Assembly: GCA_964482075.1 (NCBI GenBank)
Contig: CAYZVU010000001.1
Coordinates: 343-64,342, forward strand
Direction: 5' to 3'
Length of the DNA stretch: 64,000 bases
Source of the DNA: Candidatus Woesearchaeota archaeon
Lineage (GTDB): Archaea; Nanobdellota; Nanobdellia; Pacearchaeales; GW2011-AR1
Shown: piece by piece, positions 56,279-64,000 of the stretch
Numbering within the stretch: the stretch's first letter is position 1
Layout of the letters: each line of letters begins with the position of its first letter
Program-made: the position numbers and the translations under genes
The notes under the pieces: generated by a model
Databases searched by the model: none
What the model was told of the DNA's origin: nothing
The model's input: the letters and a program-made list of their open reading frames with translations, nothing else

Positions 56279-57829
56279 ATGGAAAATAAAGAGATACTTA
56301 AATTTTGTTTACAGAAGGGACTTTTATTAGATGGAGACGCACTTTCTTTGTTTAATGGGTTAAGTGATATTAATTCTGTGAAACTTCTTCTTGAAAAAAT
56401 TAAAATTAATACAGGGGAAAAAATTATTACTCGTGGTCTTTTTGAAAGAAATAGAGAACAATTAAATGAGTTTGTTTTAACTTTACCAGAGGAGAATCAA
56501 AAAAGTTTTGAAAAATTTAAAATTAAATTAGGGTTAAATATAGAGATTTCTCGTGAGGTGTCGTCTGTTATTGAAAATAAGGTTCTTAATGAGACTTCTG
56601 TTTTGGTTTTTTCTGAAAATGTTGTTAAGGGGAAGAAGGTGGTGGTTTCTGATTTTGTAAATTATTTTAGAAATAGGTTTTATGATATGAAAAGTATTTT
56701 ACAAGAAAAACCTGAATTAAATGGATTAACTTCTATAAATAAATTGTCTCGTGATTCTCAAAGTGTTTCTTTAATAGGAATTATTTCAAATAAAACTATT
56801 ACTAAAAATAAAAATATAATTTTTGAAATAGAAGATTTAACTGGGAAAATTAAAGTTTTGGTTAATTGTAAGAAAGAGGCTCTTTTTAAGGAAGCAGAGG
56901 ATATTAGTTTAGATTCTGTTATTGGTTTTAAGGGGTCTGGGAATAGAGAGATTTTTTTTGTAAATGATATTTTTTTCCCTGATGCAGTACTTTCTGAAAG
57001 GAAAAAATCTCTTAAAGATGAGTCTGTTGTTTTTATTGGAGATCTTCATTATGGGAGTAAGCTTTTTCTTGAGGAAAATTTTTTAAAATTTATAGATTAT
57101 CTTAATGGGAATGTTCCAAATACACCAGAGGCTGAAAAAATAAAATATCTTTTTATTGTAGGAGATCTTATTACGGGGGTTGGAAATTATCCTAATCAGG
57201 AGGCTGATTTAAAAGTAGGCGGGGTTGAAGAGCAATTTTCTTGTATCGCAAATTTATTAGGGAAAATTAGAAGTGATATTAAAATTATTATTTCTCCTGG
57301 GAATCATGATTGTGTTCGATTAATGGAGCCTCAGCCTAAAATTAATGAAAAATATGCCTGGCCATTGTATAAGATGAAAAATGTATTTATTACTGAGAAT
57401 CCTTGTAATATTAATATTGGGGCTGTTCCTGGTTTTTCTGGTTTTAATATTTTAACTTATCATGGTTTTTCTTTTTTTTATTATGTTAATAATGTTCAAT
57501 CTTTAATGAGTGTTAAAGCTGCAAGTTCACCTGAATTAATTATGAAATACCTTTTGAAAAATAGACATCTTGCACCATCTCAGGGTTCGACGCAGTATTT
57601 TCCTTTAGAAAAGGATCCTTTTATTATTAGGGATATTCCAGATATTTTTGTTTCTGGGCATACTCATAAAGGGGCTACTTCTTATTATAATAATATTTTA
57701 ATTATTTCTATTTCTTGTTGGGAGGCGATGACTCCTTATATGGAGAAAGTTGGGAGTAAGCCTGATTTTTGTAAGGTTCCTATGTTTAATTTAAAGACGA
57801 GGGAAATTAAAATTTTGGATTTTGAATAA
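56279..57829 (+). CDS. polB (dp1): DNA polymerase II (PolD) small subunit DP1 (3'-5' exonuclease, calcineurin-like phosphoesterase)
   Basis: Phosphoesterase motifs (FIGDLHYGS, FIVGDLITG, GNHD, SGHTH) and an N-terminal OB-like region; ATG at 56279. Confidence 0.9.
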   Translation: MENKEILKFCLQKGLLLDGDALSLFNGLSDINSVKLLLEKIKINTGEKIITRGLFERNREQLNEFVLTLPEENQKSFEKFKIKLGLNIEISREVSSVIENKVLNETSVLVFSENVVKGKKVVVSDFVNYFRNRFYDMKSILQEKPELNGLTSINKLSRDSQSVSLIGIISNKTITKNKNIIFEIEDLTGKIKVLVNCKKEALFKEAEDISLDSVIGFKGSGNREIFFVNDIFFPDAVLSERKKSLKDESVVFIGDLHYGSKLFLEENFLKFIDYLNGNVPNTPEAEKIKYLFIVGDLITGVGNYPNQEADLKVGGVEEQFSCIANLLGKIRSDIKIIISPGNHDCVRLMEPQPKINEKYAWPLYKMKNVFITENPCNINIGAVPGFSGFNILTYHGFSFFYYVNNVQSLMSVKAASSPELIMKYLLKNRHLAPSQGSTQYFPLEKDPFIIRDIPDIFVSGHTHKGATSYYNNILIISISCWEAMTPYMEKVGSKPDFCKVPMFNLKTREIKILDFE

Positions 57830-57836
57830 TATAAAA

Positions 57837-58400
57837 ATGAATGAAGAAATAATAGAAAAAGTGAGAATGTTTGTTGAAGAAGAATGTAAGAAGCCTATCT
57901 CTAAGTATGGGATGGATGCCTTGGAGAATCATTTTAAATCGGTAGTTTTTCATGTAGAAAAATTATCTGATGAATTTGGAGGAGATAAGGAAATTCTTAT
58001 AATTTCTGCTTGGTTACATGATATTGGTTCGGTTATTTACGATCGAAAAAATCATCATATTACAGGGGCTGATATTGCTGAAAAAAAATTGAATGAATTT
58101 AATTATCCTTTAGAAAAAGTTAAAAAAGTTAAACATTGCATTCTTTGCCATAGGGGTTCCCAAAATATTCCTCCAGAGACGATTGAGGCTAAAATTCTTA
58201 TTGAGGCTGATGCTCTTTCTGCTTTTGATTGTTTGAGTGGTCATTTTAAAGCTGCTTTTATATATGAGGGAAAAAATCAATTGGAGGCAAAAAAAGTTGT
58301 AAAAGAAAAATGGATAAATAAATATAAACAACTTTCTGAAATATCAAAAAAATTAGTTAAACCAAAATATGAGGCAGCAATGTTGCTTTTGGGAGATTAA
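57837..58400 (+). CDS. HD-domain phosphohydrolase
   Basis: HD motif AWLHDIG...H...D(ALSAF). It is located between DP1 and DP2 with 7-nt and 0-nt gaps. Confidence 0.65.
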   Translation: MNEEIIEKVRMFVEEECKKPISKYGMDALENHFKSVVFHVEKLSDEFGGDKEILIISAWLHDIGSVIYDRKNHHITGADIAEKKLNEFNYPLEKVKKVKHCILCHRGSQNIPPETIEAKILIEADALSAFDCLSGHFKAAFIYEGKNQLEAKKVVKEKWINKYKQLSEISKKLVKPKYEAAMLLLGD

Positions 58401-61400
58401 ATGGCATACACAAAAACAACGGAAAAATATTTTAAAGATTTAGAAAAGCAAGTTAGAAAAGTTTATGATATGGCTGAGGAGGCTAAAAAAACAGGATTGG
58501 ATCCTGTGGATAAAGTTGAGATTCCTTTGGCGATGAGTATGGCTGAAAAAGTTGTGGGATTAATTTCTACTGTTTATCCTCAAGTAGAGGGTTCTGGAAT
58601 TGCCAAAAGGATTTTGGAGTTGGAAGATGAATATGGAAAGTTAGACCCTACGGTTGTTTTTAAAATTGCTGAAGAGGTTGCGAAGCAAAAGTATTGTGAA
58701 TTTGTTAGTTTGATTGAGGCTATTACTGCGGGAATTAGGGTTGGAATGGCTTATTATACCCTTGCTGTTGTTGCAAGTCCAATTGAAGGGTTTACTGGAT
58801 TAAAGATTGAGAAGACACGAGAGGGGAAGGAATATTTTAAGGCATATTTCTCGGGGCCTATTCGTAGTGCAGGAACTACTGCTGGGTGTGTTAATTTAAT
58901 GTTGATAGATTATTTGAGAGAACTTTTTGGTTATGCAAAATATGATCCTAGTGATGATGAAGTTGAAAGATATGTTACGGAAATTAATGATTTTCAGGAG
59001 AGAATTACAAATTTACAATATTTCCCATTAGAGGAAGAGATGAGATTTTTGGCAAAGCGTTTGCCAATTCAAGTTGCTGGCGAGCCTAGTGAAAAATTAG
59101 AGGTTTCTAATTATAAAAATTTAGAGAGAGTTGAAACAAATAGATTACGGAGTGGGGTTTGTTTAATTTTAGCAGAAGGGTTGGCGCAAAAAGCTGCGAA
59201 GGGGTTTAGATTATACAATAAGGCAAAAAAAGATGGAATTAAGATGACTGGGTTTGATTGGATTAAAGAGTATGTTGAATTGCATGAAAAATTAACTAAT
59301 GGGGCTGGAAAAAAGATTGGAGATTCTGTGCCGGTTTATATTAAAGATATTGTTGCTGGTCGTCCTGTTTATGGGCATCCTTCGCGTTCAGGTGGTTTTA
59401 GATTTAGATATGGGCTTGCAAGAAATTCTGGGTTTAGTGCTGCTTCGGTTCATCCTGCTACAATGGCAATTACAGATGATTTTATTGCAATTGGTACTCA
59501 GTTAAAAATTGAAAAGCCGACTAAAGGTTGTGTTGTTACTTCTTGTGATTGTATAGATGGGCCTATTATTAAATTATTTAATGGAAGTGTGAAAAAGCCT
59601 CAGACCGCGGAGGAAGCAAGGCGGTTTTACAAAGATACAGAAGAAATAATTTATCTTGGTGATTTTCTTTTTCCGTTTGGCGATGTTGTTAATCGAAATT
59701 CAATGTTGCCAAAGCCAGGCTATGTTGAAGAATGGTGGAATTTAGAATTGGAGAAACTTGGAGGGGAGGTTAAAGATTACTTTAATGTTAGTTTTTTAGA
59801 GGCTGTTGAATTAAGTAAAAAGTTTAATATCCCTTTACATCCGAAATTTATTTTTTATTGGAATGAAATTTCTAAAGAACAATTTTTGGGATTATTAGAA
59901 TGGTTGAAAAATTCTCAGATAAATGAAAAGATTATTTTTCCTTATACTAAAAAAGATCAGGATAAATTTAAGGTTGGGAAAAGAGCGTTGGAATTATTGG
60001 GTATTGGACATGATGTTATTGATGAAAATGTTATTTTAAGTAAAGAAAATAGCTTGGCGCTTTTGGCTAATTTGGGAATTGAAATAAAAGAGGGGGAATT
60101 AAAGGAAAAGATTGAAGATTTTAATAAAAAGTTATTTTTAGAAAATTTAGAAAATAAAAAAACTTTAGAGGTAATTAATAATTTTTCTGAATTTAAAATT
60201 AAAGATAAATCTGGAGACTTTATTGGTTCTCGAATGGGGCGTCCTGAAAAGGCAAAGTTGAGAAAATTAATTGGAAGTCCGAATGTTTTATTTTCTGTTG
60301 GTAAGGAAGGAGGGAGATTAAGAAGTATCCAAGCTGCTTTGGAAGTTGGAAAAATTAGAAGTCAATTCCCGATTTTTTATTGTGAAAAATGTAAGAAAGA
60401 ATCAATTTATGGGAAGTGTGTTTTTTGTGGGGAAAAAACAAAAAAACAATTTTATTTTCATAAATTAAAAGAAAAATCTTTTAGTAAGGTTAGGGATGAT
60501 TCTGAAATGGAAGGGGTTCCTTATTGTACTCAGAATTTGGAGATTAATGATTATTATAATTGTGCTGTTGAAAAAATAAAGATGAAAAAAGAAGAGATTC
60601 CTGCTTTAATTAAGGGAATTCGTGGGATGTCTTCTGAAGAGCGTGTTCCTGAAAATCTTTGTAAGGGTTTACTGAGGGCAAAATATGGACTACAGGTAAA
60701 TAAGGATGGAACGATTCGGATTGATGGAACGGAGTTGCCTTTAACTTCATTTAAACCTAAGGAGATTTTTGTGGGGGTTGAAAAATTAAAAGAGTTGGGT
60801 TATGAAAAAGATATTTATGGGGATGATTTAATTAATGAAAATCAGATTTTAGAACTTTTTCCTCATGATATTCTATTACCATGTTCTCCTAAAACTCCAG
60901 ATGAAAAAGCTGATGAGGTTTTTTTAAATATTGGAAATTTTGTTGATGAGGAGCTAGAGAGATTTTATGGTTTGGATAAATTTTATAATTTTAAGAAAAG
61001 AGAAGATTTAATTGGTGTTCTTGGAGTTTGTATGGCTCCTCATAATTGTGCAGGAGTTGTTTGCAGAATTATTGGATTTGCAAATGTTCTTGGATTATAT
61101 GCTTCTCCTTATATGCATGCTGCAATTCGTCGTGATTGTGATGGGGATGAGATGGCAATTATGTTATTGGGGGATGTTTTGTTAAATTTTTCTAGAAAGT
61201 TTTTGCCAGGGCATAGAGGGGGAACTCAGGATGCGCCATTGGTTTTAAATGCAAAAATTAATGCAGGGGAAGTTGACGATCAAATTTTAGATTTTGAATT
61301 TGTTTCTGGAAGTTATCCTTTAGAATTGTATGAAAAAGCAGAGAAGAGATTGCATTCTTCAGAGGTTAAAGAAATTAAATTATGTAGTGATATTTTAAAG

Positions 61401-61880
61401 GAGGATAGTGATCCTTTTGTTGGGATTGGATTTACTCATGATACTTCTGATTTTAATAAGGGGGTTGTGTGTTCTTCTTATAAAACTTTACCGACGATGC
61501 AAGATAAAGTTAATCATCAGATGGCACTTGTGGAGAAATTGCGTTCTGCGGATACTTCTGATACTGCGCGGTTGATTATTGAAAGACATTTTATGAGAGA
61601 TATTAGGGGTAATTTAAGAAATTTCTCTACGCAGAGTTTTAGGTGTGTTGGGTGTAATGAAATTATTAGGCGTCCTCCGTTGTCTGGAAATTGCCCTATT
61701 TGTAATGGCAAAATAATTTTTACTGTTCATGAGGGTGGGATAAAAAAATATTTAGAACCTGCTTTAACTTTAGCAAAGAAATATAATTTGTCTCCTTATT
61801 TGAAACAAAATTTAGAATTAGTTAAAAGTTATTTAGATAGTATTTTTGGAGAAGAAACAATAAAGGAGGAGAAAGCATAA
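58401..61880 (+). CDS. polC (dp2): DNA polymerase II (PolD) large subunit DP2
   Basis: 1159 aa with DP2 hallmark regions (double-psi beta-barrel catalytic core ...GLARNSGFSAASVHPATM..., C-terminal zinc fingers CVGCNEIIRRPPLSGNCPICNG). No intein-sized insertion is present. Confidence 0.95.
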   Translation: MAYTKTTEKYFKDLEKQVRKVYDMAEEAKKTGLDPVDKVEIPLAMSMAEKVVGLISTVYPQVEGSGIAKRILELEDEYGKLDPTVVFKIAEEVAKQKYCEFVSLIEAITAGIRVGMAYYTLAVVASPIEGFTGLKIEKTREGKEYFKAYFSGPIRSAGTTAGCVNLMLIDYLRELFGYAKYDPSDDEVERYVTEINDFQERITNLQYFPLEEEMRFLAKRLPIQVAGEPSEKLEVSNYKNLERVETNRLRSGVCLILAEGLAQKAAKGFRLYNKAKKDGIKMTGFDWIKEYVELHEKLTNGAGKKIGDSVPVYIKDIVAGRPVYGHPSRSGGFRFRYGLARNSGFSAASVHPATMAITDDFIAIGTQLKIEKPTKGCVVTSCDCIDGPIIKLFNGSVKKPQTAEEARRFYKDTEEIIYLGDFLFPFGDVVNRNSMLPKPGYVEEWWNLELEKLGGEVKDYFNVSFLEAVELSKKFNIPLHPKFIFYWNEISKEQFLGLLEWLKNSQINEKIIFPYTKKDQDKFKVGKRALELLGIGHDVIDENVILSKENSLALLANLGIEIKEGELKEKIEDFNKKLFLENLENKKTLEVINNFSEFKIKDKSGDFIGSRMGRPEKAKLRKLIGSPNVLFSVGKEGGRLRSIQAALEVGKIRSQFPIFYCEKCKKESIYGKCVFCGEKTKKQFYFHKLKEKSFSKVRDDSEMEGVPYCTQNLEINDYYNCAVEKIKMKKEEIPALIKGIRGMSSEERVPENLCKGLLRAKYGLQVNKDGTIRIDGTELPLTSFKPKEIFVGVEKLKELGYEKDIYGDDLINENQILELFPHDILLPCSPKTPDEKADEVFLNIGNFVDEELERFYGLDKFYNFKKREDLIGVLGVCMAPHNCAGVVCRIIGFANVLGLYASPYMHAAIRRDCDGDEMAIMLLGDVLLNFSRKFLPGHRGGTQDAPLVLNAKINAGEVDDQILDFEFVSGSYPLELYEKAEKRLHSSEVKEIKLCSDILKEDSDPFVGIGFTHDTSDFNKGVVCSSYKTLPTMQDKVNHQMALVEKLRSADTSDTARLIIERHFMRDIRGNLRNFSTQSFRCVGCNEIIRRPPLSGNCPICNGKIIFTVHEGGIKKYLEPALTLAKKYNLSPYLKQNLELVKSYLDSIFGEETIKEEKA

Positions 61881-64000
61881 TGGGATTTGTTCATTTACAC
61901 CTGCATACGGAATATAGTTTATTAGATGGAGCAATAAAAATTAGTGAATTATTTAAGAGGGTTAAGGAGCTTGGGCAAGATGCGGTTGCAATTACAGAAC
62001 ATGGAAATTTACATGCAGTAATTAAAAAATATCAACTTGCAAAAAAGGAAGGTGTTAAATTAATTTTTGGATGCGAGCCTTACTTGGTTGATGATATGAC
62101 TGTGAGGGATAAAAATCAAAAAAGACGTCATTTAATTCTTTTGGCAAAAAATTTAGAGGGGTATAAAAATTTAGTAAAACTTATTTCAATCGCTAATAAA
62201 GAGGGTTTTTATTATGCTCCAAGAATTGATAAGAATCTTCTTAAAAAATATAGTAAAGGGTTGATTTGTACTAGTGCATGTTTGGCAAATGATATTGCTC
62301 AAATGTTAGTTAAAGATGAGGAGGAGAAAGCTAAGGAATTGATTAGGGGATATATTGATATTTTTGGGAAAGATGATTTTTATTTAGAGGTGCATAATCA
62401 TGAAATTCCTGAAGAAGAAAAAGTTAGGGAGTTTTATTATAAGGTTGCAGATGAGTTTGGGGTTAAAATTATTGCAGCTTGTGATGCTCATTATTTAAAA
62501 AAAGAAGATACTCGTGCTCATGAGGTAATGCTTTCTATTCAAACTAATGGAAATATGTCTGACCCAAAGAGGTTCAGATTTAGTGGTGGAGGATATCATA
62601 TTATGAGTGAGGATGAAATGAGAAAATTATTTCCAGGGAGGGATGATGTTATTGAGAATACATTGGAGATTGCAAAGAAGTGTAATGTTGAATTAGATAT
62701 AGGCGATTCTATTTTTCCTGATTTTGAAGTTCCTAAGGAATATGATCATGCTAGTTATTTACATAAATTATGTGAGGAATCTTTAAATATAAAATATAAG
62801 GATGCGGAAAATTTTAAAATTGCGAGAGAGAGAATGGAATTTGAGCTTTCTGTAATCAATAAGATGGGTTTCGCAACTTATTTTTTAATTGTTCATGATT
62901 TTATTTGTGATGCAAAAAAGCATTGTCAGGTTGGTCCTGGTCGTGGAAGTGGGGCGGGTTCAATTGTTGCATATCTTTTGGGGATTACTCAATTAGAACC
63001 TTTGTCTTTAGGGCTTTTGTTTGAAAGATTTCTTAATCCAGATAGAATTTCTCTTCCTGATTTTGATATTGATTTTGGAGATAAGGATGTTGTATTGGAT
63101 TATGTTAGGAAAAAATATGGTTTAGATAAAATTGCGATGATTGGAACTTTTGGAACTATGAGTGCGAAGTCTGTTTTGAAAGATGTAATGAGGGTATTTA
63201 GGATTCCTTTTGAGGAGGCGAATGCAATTACAAAGTTTGTAAATGAAAAAACTATTCAAAAATCTTTAGATGCAAAATCAGAAAAAGGGGATTTTATTGA
63301 GGATGCTTTTGAATTAAGAAAATATAAAGAAAAATATCCAGAAATTTTTAAAATTGCGCAAAGACTTGAGGGAAGTGTAAGACATAGAGGGGTTCATGCT
63401 TGTGGAGTTGTTTGGGGGAAAAAGGCAATTGATGAATATCTTCCTGTCCGATTTGCAAAAGGGGAGATTGTTACACAGGTTGAGGGAGGAGATGTTGAGG
63501 CTTATGGTTTGGTGAAGTTTGATTTTTTAGGGCTAGAGACTTTAAATGTTATAAAAAAAGTTCTTGATAGAATTGGCAAGAGCAGTGAATGGTTAGAGAA
63601 AATTCCAATGGATGATGATTCTGTTTATGAAATGTTGCGGCAACAAAAAAGTATTGGTGTCTTTCAAGTTGAGAGTGAAGGAATGAGAAAAACTTTGAAT
63701 TTGGTTCAACCAACTTGTTTTGATGATATTATTGCAATTGTTGCACTTTATCGTCCAGGCCCGATGCAATATTTGGAAGTTTATGCTGATGGGAAGCATG
63801 GGAGGGGGAAAGTAACTTATCCTCATCCAAAAGCAAAGGATATTTTGGCGCCAACTTATGGGATTATGGTTTATCAAGAACAGGTTATGCAGTTATCAAG
63901 GGCTTTGGCGAATTTTAGTGCAGGAGATTCTGATGTTTTAAGAAAAGCGATTGGTAAGAAAAAAATAGATTTAATGAAAAAGATGGAAGGGCAATTTAAG
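61880..64000 (+). CDS. dnaE: Bacterial-type C-family DNA polymerase (DnaE-like, PHP + pol III alpha core), 5' partial - runs off window
   Basis: The ATG overlaps the DP2 stop (gcaTAATGgga). It encodes a PHP domain (MGFVHLHLHTEYSLLDGA...ITEHGNL) and pol III alpha motifs (GPGRGSGAGSIVAYLLGIT, RFLNPDRISLPDFDIDF, GVHACGVV, KFDFLGLETL, ALYRPGPM, YQEQVMQ). The gene was absent from the ORF track because it has no stop in the window. Confidence 0.85.
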   Translation, partial: MGFVHLHLHTEYSLLDGAIKISELFKRVKELGQDAVAITEHGNLHAVIKKYQLAKKEGVKLIFGCEPYLVDDMTVRDKNQKRRHLILLAKNLEGYKNLVKLISIANKEGFYYAPRIDKNLLKKYSKGLICTSACLANDIAQMLVKDEEEKAKELIRGYIDIFGKDDFYLEVHNHEIPEEEKVREFYYKVADEFGVKIIAACDAHYLKKEDTRAHEVMLSIQTNGNMSDPKRFRFSGGGYHIMSEDEMRKLFPGRDDVIENTLEIAKKCNVELDIGDSIFPDFEVPKEYDHASYLHKLCEESLNIKYKDAENFKIARERMEFELSVINKMGFATYFLIVHDFICDAKKHCQVGPGRGSGAGSIVAYLLGITQLEPLSLGLLFERFLNPDRISLPDFDIDFGDKDVVLDYVRKKYGLDKIAMIGTFGTMSAKSVLKDVMRVFRIPFEEANAITKFVNEKTIQKSLDAKSEKGDFIEDAFELRKYKEKYPEIFKIAQRLEGSVRHRGVHACGVVWGKKAIDEYLPVRFAKGEIVTQVEGGDVEAYGLVKFDFLGLETLNVIKKVLDRIGKSSEWLEKIPMDDDSVYEMLRQQKSIGVFQVESEGMRKTLNLVQPTCFDDIIAIVALYRPGPMQYLEVYADGKHGRGKVTYPHPKAKDILAPTYGIMVYQEQVMQLSRALANFSAGDSDVLRKAIGKKKIDLMKKMEGQFK

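Noticed and set aside
59299-59505. ORFs nested in large genes: 59299-59505 within DP2, 61517-61711, 63593-63877 within dnaE, 55592-55963 within orc1, 58110-58331 within the HD gene, 30210-30401, 31160-31414, 31720-31968, 32245-32436 and 33901-34236.
   Set aside because: They are alternate-frame or antisense overlaps of strongly supported genes.
58401-61880. Possible intein in DP2 or orc1.
   Set aside because: DP2 is 1159 aa and orc1 403 aa, standard intein-free sizes, and no C..HN or Ser/Thr-HNC splice-junction blocks were seen.

Overview
This window is AT-rich (~30% GC) archaeal chromosome. The ribosomal proteins are of the archaeal/eukaryal type (L1-P0-P1; L3-L4-L23-L2-S19-L22-S3-L29-SUI1-S17-L14-L24-S4e-L5-S14-S8-L6-L32e-L19e-L18-S5-L30-L15; L18e-L13-S9). 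The window also encodes aIF5A, L40e, RpoN, RNase P Rpp21, a 5S rRNA, Orc1/Cdc6 and PolD DP1/DP2. From the compact genes and Lys-rich ribosomal protein tails I infer a DPANN-like lineage. From start to end the window contains the following.

- **1-5.9 kb:** secE-ftsZ, an FKBP PPIase, aIF5A, L40e, an M50 protease and Tyw1.
- **6-20 kb:** a large ribosomal protein superoperon that ends with EF-1beta instead of secY.
- **20.7-33.7 kb:** a complete archaeal type IV pilus-like locus. It has a prepilin peptidase, at least 9 class-III-signal pilin-like genes (several very Cys-rich), a TadC/FlaJ-like platform protein, and a FlaI/PilB-like ATPase with a long N-terminal extension. A SAM methyltransferase is wedged between the platform and ATPase genes. 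Three unknown plus-strand genes are embedded in the locus.
- **34-40 kb:** membrane proteins and PRC-barrel proteins, a Hef-like helicase, 5S rRNA, Rpp21 and RpoN.
- **40.7-45.3 kb:** an ABC transporter operon with two FtsX-type permeases, interrupted by an APH-like kinase and a small unknown gene.
- **47-48.2 kb:** L18e-L13-S9.
- **49.5-54.4 kb:** a plasmid- or provirus-like accessory block. It has a serine recombinase, GC-rich palindromic sites, 68-bp direct repeats that flank a cassette ORF, and an iteron/palindrome array. It also has two paralogous coiled-coil+wHTH proteins with in-frame short tandem repeats (one a (CTGT)10 tetranucleotide tract) and a small wHTH protein.
- **54.5-55.05 kb:** a textbook archaeal oriC, with a ~320 bp near-100% AT unwinding element flanked by inverted TTCCAnnGGAAA ORB dyads. 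It is followed directly by orc1/cdc6, PolD DP1, an HD hydrolase and PolD DP2.
- **61.9 kb onward:** a bacterial-type C-family DnaE-like polymerase (PHP domain plus pol III alpha motifs) runs off the end of the window. Its start overlaps the DP2 stop (TAATG).

No CRISPR array or tRNA was found. The most unusual items are the DnaE-like gene fused into the PolD operon at the origin, the recombinase/iteron/phase-variable wHTH element, and the Cys-rich pilus locus with an embedded methyltransferase.
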